Shown: positions 12,624-26,021, numbered from the stretch's first letter. The stretch: 63,491 nucleotides of DNA from Octopus bimaculoides (GCF_001194135.2 NC_069001.1:27114363-27177853); one strand, 5' to 3'. Notes: generated from the sequence alone by a model not told the origin. Translations and numbers: made by a program.

Positions 12624-13147
12624 NNNNNNNNNNNNNNNNNNNNNNNNNNNNNNNNNNNNNNNNNNNNNNNNNNNNNNNNNNNNNNNNNNNNNNNNNNNNN
12701 NNNNNNNNNNNNNNNNNNNNNNNNNNNNNNNNNNNNNNNNNNNNNNNNNNNNNNNNNNNNNNNNNNNNNNNNNNNNNNNNNNNNNNNNNNNNNNNNNNNN
12801 NNNNNNNNNNNNNNNNNNNNNNNNNNNNNNNNNNNNNNNNNNNNNNNNNNNNNNNNNNNNNNNNNNNNNNNNNNNNNNNNNNNNNNNNNNNNNNNNNNNN
12901 NNNNNNNNNNNNNNNNNNNNNNNNNNNNNNNNNNNNNNNNNNNNNNNNNNNNNNNNNNNNNNNNNNNNNNNNNNNNNNNNNNNNNNNNNNNNNNNNNNNN
13001 NNNNNNNNNNNNNNNNNNNNNNNNNNNNNNNNNNNNNNNNNNNNNNNNNNNNNNNNNNNNNNNNNNNNNNNNNNNNNNNNNNNNNNNNNNNNNNNNNNNN
13101 NNNNNNNNNNNNNNNNNNNNNNNNNNNNNNNNNNNNNNNNNNNNNNN

Positions 13148-13196
<49 letters not shown>

Positions 13197-13705
13197 TACG
13201 TATAGGTGTAGATATGTTTATATATATATATACACAAATGTAAATATGTGTGTGTATATGCATCTATACAAGTGTGGAATATACCTACCTATTACACCGA
13301 CTCCTTTATACGCGTACATACAGATATACATATATGTGGGCATTATATTCAAGTGTATACACATACACTCATAAATCCTGTCTATCTCTGTAATTTCCTT
13401 GCTATTAAGCTATTAAAAGTGAGCATATATTTAAAAACTGCTCTTACTTCTGTACGATAGTTTCATACTAGGGTACAGTTATTCCTAATTGGTAATCGTC
13501 AGTAAAAGTTTACCATTCGTCAGATACGACAAAGGGATGCTGAATATTACAGTAATCGGAATTGTAGATGAAGTAAATAATACGAACGTAACCTAACTCC
13601 AGATACACTATACGTACATGTGTACACACACACACGCGCACACACACAAATATACTCTTTAACAGTTTTGTGTGAATAAATAAATATTTATATTGATTAA
13701 CTTTT

Positions 13706-13884
13706 CTACTCTAGGCCCGATTAGATCGACCCCAGTACGAAACTGGTACTTAATTTATCGACTCCGAAAGGATGAAAGGCAAAGTTAACCTCGGCGGAAT
13801 TTGAACTCAGAATGTAAAGACAGACGAAATACATCTAAGCATTTCGCCCGGTGTACTAATGATTCTGCCAGTTCACCGCCTTAA
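13706..13884 (-). mobile_element. Family-B SINE
   Basis: tcgaccccagtacg..actggtacttaatttatcgac...ggcggaatttgaactcagaa...ccgcctta. Confidence 0.85.
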
Positions 13885-14384
13885 TTTATACTGATCAATA
13901 TGCAATATAAATATGTATGAATGCTTGTGAATATATGCACGTGTTCCTGTAAAGTGACTGATAGGTAGACAGGGAGAGGCAGACAGAAAGGTAGAGAGAC
14001 ATAGAAGCAAACGAGCAATATTGGATTGCGGGTCAAAATGACACTTGCCCTATTAAATAGAATTATATTAGGAAAATATTTTTCGGAAAATTTTACGCTG
14101 CAAACTATTATTTCATTTCTGCTTTTGCGACTAAGATTCTCCATTGTAGTACATTTTAAATATGTTGTTTTATTCGCAACATTACAGCAGATATCTTGCT
14201 CGGATATTTGTGTCAAAATGAATTTTAACAGTTTCAATAAATTATTCTTTTAGTTTAAATATGACACGACGATAATTTTATTTGTCATGGAAACTATTTT
14301 GGAAATATACAGTGTTATATCGTATATATAATGCGATATTATATGATAGGACATGATGTGTGTGTGTGTGTGTGTGTGTGTGTA

Positions 14385-14520
14385 GTTGGGATTTACAAAA
14401 AAAAATAAACAAAACGAAAGACGAAGACGGGGGTGTGAACAAGAAACAGATGTATTAGTTTAACGCTCGGGAAGTGAGAAAGGCTGTTATGTTTCGAGCC
14501 TACGCTCTTCAACAGAAAGG
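14385..14520 (-). mobile_element. Second copy of the CUGUUGA-hammerhead element, between (TG)n tracts
   Basis: Shares gatgtattagtttaacgctcgggaa with the 3.4 kb copy. Minus strand CTTT-CTGTTGA-A-GAGC(gtag)GCTC-GAAACAT-A-ACAG. Confidence 0.65.
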
Positions 14521-14531
14521 AACGCAGAAAT

Positions 14532-14563
<32 letters not shown>

Positions 14564-14685
14564 ATTGTTAATAAAGAGAATGAAGAATTACAATATTCAG
14601 ACTTTGTTTATTTCCAGTTAGTTTATTCATAACAATAGTCCGACACGTGTATCTATCTGCCTGGATATTATACCACTTCTCTTAT

Positions 14686-14732
<47 letters not shown>

Positions 14733-15496
14733 GTATGTATTTTTACTGCTTAACTAGTCGTCACTCGCAAGAAAGTATATCATATTGGGATGTATCTTGT
14801 TTTCGCTAATTGTTTTACGTGTCCATGTGATCTGGTACTGACATAAATAACCTTTAATCTTCCTGAACTTTGACACAGCGAAACGTCCGGCATGTCACTG
14901 CGGCGACGGGAGAGGTTTCCACTAGCACCCAGCATTATTTGCTTTATAGATGAGAAGAGAATATCCAACTAAAATTATTCACTTGCACAAGAACACAATA
15001 TATAATCCGTTCGAGGATTTAAACGTGTCTCACTAAACCCTAGGACGTGTTTGTTGATAAAGCTGCTAACGAGTTGAAATGTAAATATCTAACCGAAGTT
15101 CCATAATCGATATCCCCCTCGCTAAGTGTTGTAAAGCGGTCCTTTGCCATTATTGTATCTCTCTTTCCGCGACGGTTATCGCTCTGAAAGATATTGTTAT
15201 ATTCCAAAGACGCCGATAGAATGGTTCTATTTGGCACTGTACGACAGTGTTATTATCCTCAAAGAGCTGGATCGTTATAAACGTTCACTCAGTATCACAG
15301 TATGATTAATATATCAGCAGAGAGAAGGCTATCAACACAGTCTACTCGTACTCTCGACCTTCTGACCTTCTTCCTGACGACCGGCTATTGGTCTATTTAT
15401 AATGGCTGGCTGCTACCACTCTTTACCGGGAGGAATGTGCAGTTTCACTATCCAACACTAAGTAAGGAAAAAGTTCAAACCGACTCTAACGTTGAA

Positions 15497-15880
15497 GCAT
15501 AGACTAACTATCCTGTTAATTCCTCTAATACTTCTAAAGATATGGAATTGAGAATGTAAAACACAGAGAGAGAGAGTGAGTGAGTATGGAAAGGAGAGGA
15601 AAAGTGTACAGAAGAGATGAAATGAAGAAGGAAGAGAAGGATGGGAGGTAAAAAGAAATGGAGAACAAAGAGCTGACTAACGGTCTCTCGACAAACTGAA
15701 AATATCAGTTAAATCACGTACATATCTCATTCTACCGCTTTAAATATCGGCTACATTAAACAATGTTATTCCTGAGGTACAAATAATGGTGTTGTGGAGA
15801 TTAGATTGCTTTTAATCTTAAATTATCAATTTCATATCTTCAGAGTTGGTAGAAGAACTATCAGGATAGTTAGTCTATGC
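15497..15880. mobile_element. MITE-like element with about 55-65 bp imperfect terminal inverted repeats and a GA-rich interior
   Basis: gcatagactaactatcctg...aagatatggaattg pairs with caatttcatatctt...caggatagttagtctatgc. Confidence 0.75.
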
Positions 15881-16257
15881 GTCACCATTTGAGAATTTAA
15901 TTATATATATATAAGATAATTTTGTTTGACTATGAATTATGAGGGGGCACAATACAATGACGATTATTTGAGCCAATAATTGGCAGACTGTGATCCGGCT
16001 CTAGACCGATTTGCTAGATACAGAAGATAAATCCCTTTTTTTAAATCATCCTACGGACTTAAATTGGGGAATGAGACATTCGTAACTGAAAACCTATATA
16101 CACAGTAAGACAAGATAATAGATATGTGTACGCTTCTGTCTGTCTATATTTGTGTGTATATGTCGGTATCTAACTTTGTAATTATATCTATCTCTTTATC
16201 TATGTTTCTCTCTTTCTCTCCCTCCCCACCTCTCTCTCTCCCCCTATATACACACAT

Positions 16258-16322
<65 letters not shown>

Positions 16323-16329
16323 ATTCTCT

Positions 16330-16830
16330 AGTCGTAAACGACGAATGAGGATTCAGTAAAATAAAGCGTTAATTATGTTCTGTGGGCAGACACGAATGTG
16401 TCCCTTGAGGCCTGCTGGTGCCTTCCAAAGTTTTTTGCCAAATGGAGCAAGTTTAGGACTCAGTTTACTCAAGTACGTGTGGATTATTCACTGTGTGTTT
16501 TCTTGAGTGCGGCAAGGCCTGCTTTTCTTCGGGCCACAAAACCACAATGGCAGTTAAGGTTTCTGTTCAGAGGAGCAACGTTTTGCTGACCCCCTATGTC
16601 TGGGTCGACTTTACTCTAATCTTTGAGCTGAGGGGAAGCAGGACTGGTGCCTGGTTCTGACTTGTGGTGCGTTGTTTTCCCAAGAAGAAAATGGAAGGTT
16701 GCATCGCTTCGGATTGAGATTTAGTTTATCTTCGAAGCGTAAGAGTGACTTTCCAACTGACCGTCCTGTTGGGAATTGGTCAAAGAGAAGTTGCTTCGGA
16801 ATTCTGATGTCACTCATACGTGGGAGATGA
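16330..16830 (-). mobile_element. 3' end of an RTE/BovB-like LINE
   Basis: MSDIRIPKQLLFDQFPTGRSVGKSLLRFEDKL..NPKRCNL..SSWE matches RTE 'M.D.RIPKQLLYGEL..G.RS.GRP.LR.KD......WE'. Confidence 0.8.
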
Positions 16831-16894
16831 CCTCAAACTCTAAGCTGTATGTATGTATGTATGTATTGATGGATGGATGGATAGATGGATGAAT

Positions 16895-17200
16895 GTGAAG
16901 GTGCGTGGTCGAGTGGTTTCCGCTGCTGCACTCACGATCGTGGGTTCGATTCCCAGGCCGGGCAGAGCGTTGTGCTTACTTGAGTAAAGGACTTCATTGC
17001 ACGGTGCTCTAGTGCCCCGTTCGATCAGGGGATTTGTCGACCTTCATGCGAGGTGGTATCATTCGAAGAATAAAACGATGCACAGAGCATTATCACCCGC
17101 GATGTGTAAGAACAACTGATAGTTTGGTTGGTCATATGATCACGTGATATACATATGTATGCGTGTAAGCATATTATTTTGTATATATCTGTGTAGATGT
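16895..17200 (+). mobile_element. Family-C tRNA-derived SINE, 3' module type 3
   Basis: gtgcgtggtcgagtggtt...cacgatcgtgggttcgattccc...ttgagtaaaggacttcattgcacg. Confidence 0.7.
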
Positions 17201-17249
17201 GTGCAATCTTGTCTGTGTGCATATGCGGGTATTAATGTATGTGTGTATA

Positions 17250-17455
17250 TAAGGTGGCGAGCTGGCGGAATCATTAGCACGCTTAGCGGTATTTCCTTTG
17301 CCGCTACGATCTGAGTTCAAATTCCGCCGAGGTCGACTTTGCCTTTCATCCTTTCGGGGTCGATAAATTAAGTACCAGTGAAAAACTGAGGTTGTTGTAA
17401 TCGACTACCCCCCTCCCATACAATCTCAGGCCTTGTCCCTATAGCAGAAAGAATT
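17250..17455 (+). mobile_element. Family-B SINE
   Basis: taaggtggcgagctggcggaatcattagcacg...ctgagttcaaattccgccgaggtcgactttgcctttcatcctttcggggtcgataaattaagtaccag. Confidence 0.88.
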
Positions 17456-20400
17456 ACTGTATGTGTACGTATATTTGTGTGAGAGTGGGAAAATATACGT
17501 ATACACATAATAAGATGGGAATAGAGTTGTTGCAAGGTATTTTCTTATTCTTTTAAAATGATAGTCTTCAATATGGAACTGCTTTGAATTCGAATAGACC
17601 AGAGTATGTTTCCCTTTCCTGTTGTAACGTTCCAACTGTATTTTCGACAAAATAGCATAAAATTCCTGAAAAGAATTGTGTATGTGTGTGAGCGCGTGTA
17701 TATTTGAGTTTTTGCGCACATGTGTGCGCGAGCGTGTGTGCTTTGCTTCTATGCTTGTGATTCTATGAATGCGTTCAGAATGAAAGTATTTTCGAATAAT
17801 TTTCCTTCAGATTTGAGTTTTTGTACTTCCGGATACATTAGCCCGTATTCCTTGGAGAATTGTAGTTTTAATTTTAGTAATTTAAACGGTAATGAAGAAT
17901 TGCAGAGAAAAGTGTACCATGAAAATTCTAAATAAGAATGAGCGCTGAAATTAATTGCCTAACACTGAATGAAGACCAAAGGAATGAAATTTGGTCTTAA
18001 GGGTATATTTGATTTAATGATTGAACGTTATAATGATTGCTTTCGTGGTTATGTTGGTTTGTATCTCCCAATACATGGTTATATAGGTGAAGCTTGCAGT
18101 GCGGAGAATTGATTTAGATATATTGTTCTGTGGTATGAGTAAAAATATGCTGTGTCTGTATTTGTCAGTGTATCATTTTGGGTAGCTAGCGCAGTTGAAA
18201 CTGCGTAAGTTATTTCGTTACTGGTTTCATGTTACTCCGTTGATGTGGAGCAACAAGCTATCTCTTTGCCCTTGCTCCACACTCCACTCACTGGACCGCC
18301 GAATCTGAAATAATTATGTTTCTATTAAGCTGTTTGAAGTCGACATTGACAGGAAAACAATCAAGAAAAGAGATGTAATTCTAGAGGGATGACATGATGT
18401 GGAGGAAGGACTAAGCGCACAAATTCGCACGAGTGTCCGCTCGCACAGCAAACTACTCGCATACTGGGGCACTCGTACTGCGAGGTTCTCGTATATATGC
18501 ATGCATACATGCATGCATGTATGCATGTCAGTATGCATGTATTGAAAATTATGAAAAGTATTTCTGTATTGTAATTCCTGCTGTAATTGTTGTTATATAC
18601 TTATAAAATAATGCTCATATTTATGAAATGCAGCTTTGCACATAGGCGTGGTTATTGCGAGTTGAAAACCATATATGATATCATTTTAGTTCTACATTTA
18701 TGCATGCTTATATGAATATGTCTACTCGCATTAACTTTATCACTAAACTATATATTTCTCTCACGTTAGAATAAAAGAATTACCAGCAAAACTTACTGCT
18801 TTTAATATTAACTTTTTTTTCGAACTGCCATAGTAAAGCTAGGGTTAATACAGAGAAGGTAGGAATGTGTTTGGAAAAGTTAACAGGAAACAATTAAGTA
18901 GCAACGAATATGCAAAACTAGTCTAAGACTAATATTAATTATAACAATTATGAGATACAACTTCAAATTTGTTTTGATATGAACTCATCGCTGCACGAAG
19001 CTTTCCAATGTAATAATGTAAGCAGCACCAAATAAATGTGAAATATTATACATTGGTTGGTGTAGATATTTATAGCGGCATTAGAAAACAAACGGTGAGA
19101 ATATAATGAAGACAGGTGCAATGTAGTGAACATATGCAACTGTCAAGCAGGAAGTAATGAGCAGACAGATATAACTTACTGCACGACAGCCTATACAATT
19201 ATAAGTGAAATTAACAAGACGAATTTTTCTATGATGTAAGGAGATAACAAAATGTATTATCGAATGGAACTGTCTACTAACTCAGTGTCTCCAGAAAAAA
19301 ATATGGTGTTGGTTTAGTTATTAGAAGCTTTAGCATATGACAAAATAATACTATAGAGAAAAAAATACGCATTTTTATAAGTTTTCTCTCATAATTTTAT
19401 GCATAGGTATCAATATTGATTTGTATGTATGAAATGTATATTACATGTAACGTATTCGCTAACAGTGGGTTTGTATTCGCCATGAAATCTAATAATGGTA
19501 ATTATTCGTCGATTGTATATATGTAATCAAACAACTCGCCTTCTAACATGGGCCTTAAATATCACTGTCTCTTATGGCAACAACAAAAAAAATAACAAAC
19601 TATCGTGTTAACTCAGCTACTTCGTCTGAAGATATTAATAAGACAGAAGGAGAACGGAAAAGAACGGAGATCGACGAAGATGGATGAGAAGGAAGAAATA
19701 GTCTCAATAAATAATTTGTTTAATAAGGAGCTGAAATGTGTCATCCAGCCTGCTAAAAATCGCCACCACATTTCCTAAAAATCGCCGACAACCGTATAAT
19801 ATAAAGGCTATATTGAACAATTTAGATTTATATAGAAACGACAGGGTTGTCACAAGTGGAAGGGCTTACATCGTTAAAGCTTTTTTTCACCGATCTTGAT
19901 ATGCACAACAATGGAAACATTTACTTTCGGCCAGCGAGGGAAGGTCTCCGTAGCAACAAAGAAAACATAAACACAGAAATAAACCGTGTGGTCGTGCGTA
20001 TACATACACATACATAAATATGCGTGAGCACATCAATATATGTGAGATGTATGCATGTAGGACTGTATGTATGCATGTATGCATGCATATGTGTATGCAT
20101 GTATGCATGCATGTGTGTATGCATGTATGTGTATATGTGTGCATGTATGTGTGTATGTGGGAGTGTATGTGTTGATACATAATATATATCCTTCTCATCA
20201 TAGTACTCAGTGCAACATGTTGCTTCGAGTATAGTAAATGTTTAATTTCTCTTCACATAAAAAATTGCATGATGCCACTTACTTCAGACCGAACACTTGT
20301 CAGCATATAAATCTATTTTGTCATTAGTGCAATGGGGATCTTATGGTATATGGCTGTTTTGAAGTTGCTGTCGGGGTTATCGTTTAATCTGAGGTCAGAC

Positions 20401-20654
20401 TTCATGAAGCATATTTACAATCTTACGGCTGTAACAGCCGCAGGATTTTTGTCCTTGATATTCTGAAACTTTCTCTAACGACGTTTTTCAAAGGAATATT
20501 TCTGCATTTTAATCTGTATCTGAAGGATATTTGACAGCAGGTTTTCGCAGGGCGTTAGCTGGTCTTTGAACGTTTTACGTTGGATGTTGAACTTTGTTGC
20601 TCACGGACGTTATTCGCAATGACACCAAAGGCTCAGCTCAAAAAGCCTATTCCT

Positions 20655-21095
20655 AATCTTTATACTATAGGCATAGGGCCTGAAATTTGGGAGAAGTGGC
20701 TAGTTGATTACAGTGACCACAGTTTTCAACTGTTACTTATTGCATCGACCCCGAGAATATGAATGCCAAAGTCGACTTCGGTGCAATTTGAAATCAGAAC
20801 GTAAAGGCGAATGAAATGCTTGTATGCATTTTGTTCAGCATACGAAGGATTAAGCCAGCTCGCCGCCTTAAAGAGCCTATTTATAATATTCCTTTTTACT
20901 ATAGGCACAAGCCCTGAAATTTGGGGGAAGGGTCTAGTCTATTACCGTGACCCCGATGCACAACTGGCAATTATTTCATCGACCCCTCAAAGATGAAATG
21001 CAAAGTCGATCTCACTGTATTTTGAAATCAGAACGTAAAGCGAGATGAAATGCCGCTAAGCATTTTGTCCAGCATGCTAACGATTCTTTTCGGTT
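20655..21095 (-). mobile_element. Two tandem family-B SINE copies
   Basis: Two units of about 210-230 bp, each with ttt(t/a)tactataggca.a.g.cctgaaatttggg...tttgaaatcagaacgtaaag. Confidence 0.8.
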
Positions 21096-21927
21096 GTTTC
21101 CTTAAATAACCTATTGATGATAAAATCAATGAGGTGTTATGGTGAACCATTTGCGTGTTATTTATAAACGTAGACCTTAACATAGTTTCTCTAATAGTGA
21201 TTAAAGACTCACTAAATAAAGGTATATATTGTACATTGGTTTTCAATTGGTTTCCGAACAATATGATTGTTTATAGAATTTCTTAGAAAATAACCCAGGA
21301 AAAGCAATATTTGACAGTGACATATAGGCAGGTGGAAAATATTGAACAGATGTTGGTGTGGCTCAGACGATTTTGAAGTAAACTATAGACGAATAAACAC
21401 ATTACACGTCAACTGATAGATTATAAATGAAATTAACAAGACTTGATGTTGCAGCTTATTTAATGAGATACACAAACTTATACGACACGTCTAGACTGAA
21501 ATGTGGTGACGATTTAGTTACTAAAAATTTTAACAAATAATTGTATTATGAACACGAATGGGCGTTTTTACGGGTTCTGAATCTTTTCATAACACCGCTA
21601 AATGTAAAGAGGACATTTTGTATAATTCAATCGTAACATAGTGATAGTAGCTTCCTTGAAATGAAGGAAATGTTAGCATTCAGTTATAAATTCTCATAGT
21701 GTCATTTATACGCGAGCAAACGATGGTAAACATTTAAAATTGTCATGTCACTATTGTATTTATTAACCTTTGGTATCAAGTTATTCTTGCAATGTTTGCT
21801 GAAAAGCAGACACTGTTGAACAGCATTGCATAATATGGTCAAATGAGCACAAAACCATGACCAGTCTTTCATCTTTTACCCTTTTTATTTGCGGTCAAGC
21901 GATATTTAAAAAATTAATATCCCTTAT

Positions 21928-21967
<40 letters not shown>

Positions 21968-22034
21968 NNNNNNNNNNNNNNNNNNNNNNNNNNNNNNNNN
22001 NNNNNNNNNNNNNNNNNNNNNNNNNNNNNNNNNN

Positions 22035-22067
<33 letters not shown>

Positions 22068-22189
22068 CGAAGGGTAATAGAAATATTAGGAATTTCTACC
22101 ACTAGTGGCCCAGCGTGTAAAAGTTTAGTCCATAGGCTATGTAGTGATATAAATATAGTGTATATTTAAACACATAAGAGGTATCTATC

Positions 22190-22405
22190 ATAGGATTCCC
22201 TCACGCTAGAAAGAACACCTAAGTTCCAAACCACCATTAGGGATAAAATTTCGAAAGGAAGATTCAGAAGAGAAAGGCGGAAGACGAGGATACTGGTATG
22301 GAAGGAGTACAGGGGTTGAGGACCATTCTGGAAGATCGAGATGAATGGGGAAAAACGTGTGGAAACAGTCTTGGGGCACCCGTGGGACGACCTAGATAGA
22401 TTCTG
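22190..22405 (+). mobile_element. Probable decayed LINE 3' end
   Basis: Translates to TIRDKISKGRFRRERRKTR, resembling RTE-type 'I.GKIEGKR.RGR.R..W'. Confidence 0.4.
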
Positions 22406-23724
22406 CGAAACAGACGCTTTCACTTCTGCTACTCAAAGATGATTTAAGATATGTATAGATTGTTTTTCTGAAGAAATATTGAGTGGTGTGATGATACACA
22501 GAAACAAATACTTAGCATATTATCTTTAGACAACATCTGGTTGGAAACCAATTTTCGTGTTCTGCACTAATACACTGAATGTAGTGAGCGAAGAAATTTA
22601 ATTAATGAAGATTATTGTGAGGAGATATGATAATTAGCTCAGTGATTATTCTGGTGAAAAAAAGATAAGGGAGACAAACACGGAGTTTCAATTAATGTAT
22701 GTTAACCAATTGTTTGTTTGCTGTAAATTCCCGAAGGATATGGAAAACCGCTATTGTAATATCTGCTGGAATGGTGAAACAGAATTCTACAGCTAAATGA
22801 CGCGAGTGTTAGAGGCACGTGTTCATTAACTCAAATTTCAAATATGCTAACCAATTATCACTCTCACTCACAAACAGACAACCACACTTGCACACAAGCA
22901 CAGAAAAACACACGTAGAGACACAGATATTCGCTGACACATATCCACACATATAAACACACAAAAAAGCCAAGACATGTAGACGAAACCTGATACAACGA
23001 AACAAACACAGTACCCATAGACATAAACATACATTTGCGTGTATATACATGTGCTCATACGTATTCATATATATCCATGTGTATATGCATAAAAATATTC
23101 ATACATGTATGTGTGTGTATACGTGGGCATATGTATGTATATATATCAACGTATATATATTCAAGTATAAATGTGCACATGTGCACACGCACCCACATAC
23201 CGTGATCAGATATATCTAAATATGTGAAATCAGCTGCATCGATCTTTTCCAAGCGAAATGGTTTATTTTAAATATTTTACTGAAGTATTATAGATTAATG
23301 CACACCAATACACACATACATGCACACCAATACACACACATACATCGACGCACAAATTCATACATATGCAGATATGCAAACCATGGATAAGCATACAGAA
23401 TCGCACAAGCACTGGCATGAAATATAGATAGATATAGATAGAGTGTGAGAGTCATGAATGAATTAAGGCAACACGTAAGTAACTATATAGTTGCTTTCAT
23501 GTTCTCGGTTTTGTCAGAAACAGATGAAAAGATAAGAGAAACAGTGTGGAAAATGATGAGAAAGAATTCACAAAAATATTTTCTTATGAGAGAACGGGAG
23601 AGTTTTTGTTTCTTTTTTTCTTTCAGATATGCCATTTACAATGGAACATGCAATGCATAAAATATTCGCACTGCTTCTCCTACTCATATGTTAACTGTAG
23701 TGTTGTGTTTCTATTAATTCTTTG

Positions 23725-24036
23725 CATCTATCTATCCATCTATCTATCTATCTATCTATCTATCTATAAATCTATCTATCTATCCATCTATCTATCTACC
23801 TATCTATAAATCTATCTATCTATCCATCTATCTATCTACCTATCTATAAATCTATCTATCTATCCATCTATCTATCTATCTATCTATCTACCTATCTATA
23901 AATCTATCTATCTATCCATCCATCTATCTATCTACCTATCGATAAATCTATCTATCTATCCATCTATCTATCTACCTATCTATAAATCTATCTATCTATC
24001 TATCTATCTATCTATAAATCTATCTATAAATCTATC
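23725..24036. repeat. (ATCT)n microsatellite organised into a 40-bp higher-order repeat
   Basis: tatctataaatctatctatctatccatctatctatctacc repeats exactly at 23761 and 23801, with variants after. Confidence 0.9.
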
Positions 24037-25015
24037 TGTTGGTCAGACTGTCTCTCTTTCTATCAGTATGTCGACGTTCTTTCTGGCGTTACATGTGTTA
24101 CGGGCGCGTATGTTTGAGTGTGTGTGGTCGTACATATATACATATGTGCTCATATATATATGCGCGGGCGTGTATATATAAATATACATGCATAGAAAAA
24201 GATGTATTTTTACATATATTTATACGCAAGAGTGTGTATATGTGCGTGTGTGTGTGTGCGCGCGCACGCGTGCGTATGTGTATATACAATATTACCATTC
24301 GATGTATTATGTTTCATTATTGTCAAAATATAGTTTCAGCCGCAAGGTTTGTTAGAAACACTTCTATCGCATTTGGGCGGCTCTCCAGTTTTCGTTTACC
24401 ATTGAAATATCTATTCAAATACACTTCCAATGAATAAATGCGACAAACAAAAGAAATTACCTACAGTAAATTGACAACATACCCACGCTTTCAATAAAGT
24501 AGTCTACTTAATGTTTTTGTTTTTTTAATGAAAATTGCGCTCGTATACGCAATTGGGGAAAATAACTAAATATTCCTTTGAAAACATTGTAAATATTTTT
24601 TTAAGTTTAATAGTTCAACGTTGCCGTTGGTAACAACAAAGTTCAGCGTTGACGTGAGTGATAGGTTTGATTTTTCAGCTTCCCATATATTTCTCCTCTC
24701 TTGAGCATTGTGTATCTAGATCTATAAGTGTCCGATATATCACACTCTATCTGTGAGATGAAGTGTAACTCCTGGGTATTTTGATTGCTATTTCTAGGAG
24801 CTCAAACAGTGGTTCTCAACCAGGGTTCATATAACCCTTCTGTGACCATGTAAGATTTTGTTATTAAAGTTCATATGCCATAAATTGGTTATAAATCTAC
24901 AACAGACAAAATATTTTCAACATTTTTGTCCTAATAATGTTTAATTATAAAAGCACAATACGACTTGACCAAAGCCTTGTGAGAGGAATTGGTAGATGAA
25001 AGCTGAAAGAAGCCC

Positions 25016-25138
25016 GGTGGAAGAGCGTAGGTTCGAAACGTTAAAGACTTTTTCAATTCCCAAGTGTTATACTAATACATCTGTTTGTTGTCTACGCCAC
25101 CTGTCTTCGTCTGTTGTTTTGTTTTTGTGAATTCTCCA
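25016..25138 (+). mobile_element. Third copy of the same element, truncated inside the hammerhead core and joined to a family-A SINE fragment
   Basis: gaagagcgtaggttcgaaacgttaaagact...actaatacatctgtttgttg, followed by (TA)n. Confidence 0.6.
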
Positions 25139-25160
25139 TATATATATATATATATATATA

Positions 25161-25315
25161 TAGTTTTAGGGAAAATAACCAAGTTTCAAGAACTCATCGA
25201 TGAAAATCCACTATCACGTATAGAAATATTAACAATTAAAAGCACAATATTTCTATATGTGATAGTGGATTTTCATCGATGAGTTCTTGAAACTTGGTTA
25301 TTTTCCCTAAAACTA
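25161..25315. repeat. Near-perfect palindrome with 70-bp arms and a 15-nt loop, embedded in (TA)n; MITE-like fold-back
   Basis: tagttttagggaaaataaccaagtttcaagaactcatcgatgaaaatccactatcacgtatagaaatatt versus its reverse complement at 25246-25315; one mismatch seen. Confidence 0.92.
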
Positions 25316-25339
25316 TATATTTTATATATNNNNNNNNNN

Positions 25340-25370
<31 letters not shown>

Positions 25371-25454
25371 CTTTTTTCCCCCGAGCATCAAACCAAAGCA
25401 CTTGCTTGTTCATAAACCTGTCATCGTCTTTTTTTTTCAATAAATTTCAACTAA

Positions 25455-25680
25455 ATGTGTGTGTGTGTGTGTGATTGCGTAATTGTTCGCCACGTATCAC
25501 CGTTTGACAACCGGTGATGGTGTGTTTACGTTCCCTTAACTTAGCTTTTCGGCAAAATAGATCCGATAAAATAAGTACCCTGCTTTACAAAAAAGAAAGA
25601 AAAAATAAGTTTGTCTAAAATTCTCCAATGTGGTGGCCCAGCATGGCCGCAGTATAATAATTGAAAGAAGTAAAAGATAA
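25455..25680 (+). mobile_element. Family-A SINE, 3' half
   Basis: cgtttgacaaccggtgatggtgtgtttacg...cagcatggccgcagt. Confidence 0.7.
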
Positions 25681-26021
25681 ACGTTTAAAAATATCGTTCG
25701 CTTTTTTTCCAATGCTCTCTCAATTAACCTTTCGATTTCTTTGCTGCATAATTCTCTCCGAGTTTGTTTTGACAAAATGCTTGCTGATTCACAAATTCCT
25801 TCACGCTCAACTATTATATCTTGTATTATAACTTCCCACTTCATAATTTTTGCAACTTTTAATCGACTTTGTAACTTCTACATTCAACTTCTACTTCTTC
25901 TGTTATTCCCTTCTTTTCTTCTACTTGCACGTTTCCTTCTCACCTATAGCATATTCACACCTGGCTCCAAATCATTCTTCCCTCTCATCCCACCTTTCCA
26001 CCACATATTTTTCTGTACCCC

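Noticed and set aside
24808-24860. hAT/Charlie-type terminus CAGTGGTTCTCAACC
   Set aside because: No second terminus or 8-bp TSD was found, so it is not reported as an element.
25266-25300. Hammerhead in the right arm of the 25.2 kb palindrome (CGATGAG-TTCTT-GAAAC-TTG-GTT)
   Set aside because: The core lacks U4, stem II is essentially absent and stem I does not pair.
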